A stretch of 62,939 nucleotides of DNA, filler included. It is 6 parts of 6 records of this genome, joined end to end, with 100 filler letters (N's around TTAATTAATTAA, not from the genome) between each part and the next. Parts side by side here need not be neighbours in the genome. Positions count along the whole stretch, not along the records: positions 57,065 to 62,939 come from DRR723986_38983; 5 more parts are not named here. The stretch is one strand, 5' to 3'. The notes beneath the pieces are model-generated. The model searched no databases. It was not told the origin of the DNA and saw only the letters and a list, made by a program, of their open reading frames with translations. Positions within the stretch are counted from its first letter, which is position 1. Each line of letters begins with the position of its first letter. Made by a program: the position numbers and the translations under genes. This document shows positions 60,475 through 62,939 of the stretch, piece after piece.

Positions 60475-60641
60475 ACACCCCAAGGCGCCTCCCGGCGGGA
60501 AATTCCCGGTTCTTGAGTAGACACTGTTGCGCGAGCTCACTACCATTGATGGAGTAAAAGGAAGCCGCTACCCACCGACAGTGGATTCCATGGAAATTCA
60601 ACGCAAATCGCATCTCGGCGAACATGGTCAGTTAAACTCGA

Positions 60642-61502
60642 ATGGACAGCTCAAACCTTTATGACAACACTCACCGTTCGCTGCGGGAACTTGTAAGTGT
60701 TGACGCATGGTTCGCACAGGACGAAGAGCAACCTAACCGTTTCACGTTACATGCTGACGTGTCGTTTCGCGATGAGCGCCTTTCAGGTGGAAAAGACTTC
60801 GAAGTTATTTTTCAGATTGCTGTCAAAAGGTGTGATATCGTGTTTTGCCCCCCAAATGGGCGTATGTTTCGAGTTGACCCAAGCTCTGTTGCAAAACCAA
60901 AGCCGCTGAACCCAAAGAAATTCGAGTATAAGTCTACCCAGAAGTCTTCGGTAGCCGGCAGGGGAACGCTCGGCTTGTCCCATAAGGGTGTTTCTGGTGG
61001 GCTGGAAGGCTCTGGGGAAGTAATCCGTTCAAGGGAAAGCTCAGAGCAGGGTGAAGAGATATCGAGTCACTATAATGAGCAATGGCTAAAAACGCGCGAG
61101 GGGTTCCATGCTTGGTCTGTTGATGGTCGCGATCTGTCTGACAAAAGACTGATGGGGCCTGTGCTAAGTGGGCATGAATCGCCGCGTTTGACGATTATTG
61201 ACACTCGAACAGCCGAGGCCAGAAGGCTTGACTCTGATCGACAGCTCGATCCCGTATCATCGATATATATTCGATGCAAACGGGAGGATCTTGATGTATA
61301 TAATGTAAGGTTCAAGGACGAAGACAAGCAAAGTTGGTTTAGTCAAAGTCGTTTCAGAAAGGAGAGAGAGATTGCCGCCAGGGAAGTGATTAAACTGGCT
61401 CTCTTCGAAGAGGGGCTGAACGCTGGAGATATTGTCAACGACCCGTATGCGGAAATGAGAATTTGCGATGTCACAATCCCAATCGTTGATCAGAGCTCTT
61501 AG
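60642..61502 (+). CDS. Hypothetical protein (286 aa, beta-rich)
   Basis: Long ORF in lower-GC cargo; central Ser/Gly-rich alternating stretch; no family recognised. Confidence 0.7.
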   Translation: MDSSNLYDNTHRSLRELVSVDAWFAQDEEQPNRFTLHADVSFRDERLSGGKDFEVIFQIAVKRCDIVFCPPNGRMFRVDPSSVAKPKPLNPKKFEYKSTQKSSVAGRGTLGLSHKGVSGGLEGSGEVIRSRESSEQGEEISSHYNEQWLKTREGFHAWSVDGRDLSDKRLMGPVLSGHESPRLTIIDTRTAEARRLDSDRQLDPVSSIYIRCKREDLDVYNVRFKDEDKQSWFSQSRFRKEREIAAREVIKLALFEEGLNAGDIVNDPYAEMRICDVTIPIVDQSS

Positions 61503-62649
61503 CATCGCTCAAGAAATTATGCTGTCTGAGGAGGGCGACCTTTTAGAGCTTTCGAAGATTGCTGGGATTTCGCCAGAAGTTCTATACAAGGGGGCCGATC
61601 TTTCTGGATTAAACCTCAAGGGCAAGAACATAGACTTTTTTATCGAAGCCGGCTGTGACCTCGATGCTGCTGACTTAACACCAGAACAGCGTCGGCGTTT
61701 TGTGAAGGCTCGAAGGGTCGCATTGAGCGTCAAGAAGCAGCAAGATGATATTGATGGTTACATCAAACTAATTCACGACTTCGTTCATCGAAGCGCCGCT
61801 CAGGGTAAGCCGATATCAAGAACGAATAGAGCCTTTGATATTGAAGCGCTTCTAAATGGAGCCTTACTGACACCCTTACTGCACATCAAAGAATTCGATC
61901 GATCCACTGCTTCAGACTATTTCTACAAGGCGCTCAAAAACCTGACGGGCTTCGCTTTTGATCAGAATGAAGATTTCTTTTCTGATCTGTTCCACCTTTT
62001 GGGATTGATGCGATGCCCTGTAAGTGACGAAGCAATAGAAGTGATTAAGGAATATGAGTTAAGACTACCCGAGCAAAGCATGGAAAGGTTGATCTCCGCC
62101 TTTCATCCAGACTTCAATCTGGACAACTATTGGCTGTCGAGCCCCAACGCAAGAGGGCGCGCGAAAGAGATCTCAGACATAAGAGAGATTCACCCGCTGG
62201 CAATTGAGAGAGCAGTCTATCGAATTGACCGCGCGGACGAGGTGATTGAATTTCTTTGCGATTGCTCGTTTACATGCGACGGCGATACTGCGGAGCGAAT
62301 TGCGGCAACTGTGACGAACTCCAAGTGGCCAAGCTTTGAGACAAGAAAATTTTTGACAGCCTCGATCAACTATCGAGTTAGCAGCGCTCTCTTTAGGCAA
62401 ATTGTTTCCCAAGCTATACCGGAACGCATAGTCGAAGTGGTAAAGTGGCTTGAAGGAAATCGAGGAGCAGCCGGCGCCCTTTCTCTTGAAAGCGCATTTC
62501 AGAAAATTCCAGACTTCGACATGGCTTGGGATCTTGCTCAGGATATATTGCCAAGGCTTTCTGAAAATCAAAAGGCGGTGGTGAGGGATGCTCTGCTGAA
62601 TTTGGGGCGGGGGACCGAGGATAGAGCTCGGGTCCGGTCGTTACTATGA
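61468..62649 (+). CDS. Hypothetical protein with degenerate pentapeptide-like N-terminus and helical C-terminus
   Basis: GADLSGLNLKG...GCDLDAADL; overlaps the upstream ORF by 35 nt. Confidence 0.7.
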   Translation: MSQSQSLIRALSIAQEIMLSEEGDLLELSKIAGISPEVLYKGADLSGLNLKGKNIDFFIEAGCDLDAADLTPEQRRRFVKARRVALSVKKQQDDIDGYIKLIHDFVHRSAAQGKPISRTNRAFDIEALLNGALLTPLLHIKEFDRSTASDYFYKALKNLTGFAFDQNEDFFSDLFHLLGLMRCPVSDEAIEVIKEYELRLPEQSMERLISAFHPDFNLDNYWLSSPNARGRAKEISDIREIHPLAIERAVYRIDRADEVIEFLCDCSFTCDGDTAERIAATVTNSKWPSFETRKFLTASINYRVSSALFRQIVSQAIPERIVEVVKWLEGNRGAAGALSLESAFQKIPDFDMAWDLAQDILPRLSENQKAVVRDALLNLGRGTEDRARVRSLL

Positions 62650-62804
62650 GATTTGGGTCCCCTTGAATATGTGAAGTGTCGTTTGCTGTCCGCCTCCCTT
62701 GGTCAGGTGCGCGTGTCTTTGTGACACGCACCTGACCAAGGGACGGCCGACGCCGGATCGGTTGGGGTCGTGTCAGTTTCCAACCACTGACACGGAGGAG
62801 CACC

Positions 62805-62939
62805 ATGCTCGATCTGTCTTTCGCCATCCCGGCGTCCACATTGGCCCCGGGCGACATCACCCTTTTCCGCTTCCCGGTTGCCGAAGGCACCGACGACCCC
62901 ACGACGAAGCTCCGCCCGTGCCTCGTGTTTGACCGTCGC
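62805..62939 (+). CDS. PemK/MazF-like protein (runs off window end)
   Basis: Not in the ORF track. GGAGGAG RBS, then MLDLSFAIPASTLAPGDITLFRFPVAEGTDDPTTKLRPCLVFDR; GD...FP...K.RP.LV is the PemK/MazF N-terminal signature. Confidence 0.6.
   Translation, partial: MLDLSFAIPASTLAPGDITLFRFPVAEGTDDPTTKLRPCLVFDRR

Noticed and set aside
62414-62932. ORF-track calls 62414-62902 (-) and 62699-62932 (+)
   Set aside because: They cross hairpin-rich DNA and lack motifs; the frame starting at 62805 has the RBS and a recognisable motif.

Overview
This window is not one locus. It is six unrelated contigs joined by identical 100-nt artificial linkers (44 N + TTAATTAATTAA + 44 N) at 25878, 35821, 41247, 47925 and 56965. 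Taxonomic labels below are inferred from composition and gene content. Contig 1 (1-25877, AT-rich, Cytophagales/Algoriphagus-like Bacteroidota) is mostly housekeeping: fabH, SRAP, PDH E2, hslV, ABC-F, ychF, aconitase and histidine kinases. It also carries an intact stand-alone Cas6-family gene with no CRISPR array or other cas gene on the contig, directly downstream of a PUR-domain protein / AI-2E transporter / ychF run. This is the best candidate for an uncharacterised system. Contig 2 (25978-35820, Flavobacteriales-like) has lon, rpmE, sanA, pyrD and an ECF sigma factor with a putative anti-sigma and a duplicated promoter motif. Contig 3 (35921-41246, Flavobacteriaceae-like) has two T9SS-secreted proteins and a thrC/LytTR deletion scar. 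Contig 4 (41347-47924, Rhodobacteraceae-like) is a LacI-controlled sugar ABC operon with a ketose 3-epimerase, capped by nested IS5/IS3 elements. Contig 5 (48025-56964, Rhodobacteraceae-like) is core genome: glcG, glcB, pepN, gatB. Contig 6 (57065-62939) is a MOBV-type mobilisable element with a candidate oriT and hairpin array, flanked by lower-GC defence-like cargo (AAA ATPase, an unknown two-gene pair) and a PemK/MazF-like gene. No rRNA, tRNA or CRISPR array was seen. All family calls come from motif recognition; no database searches were run.
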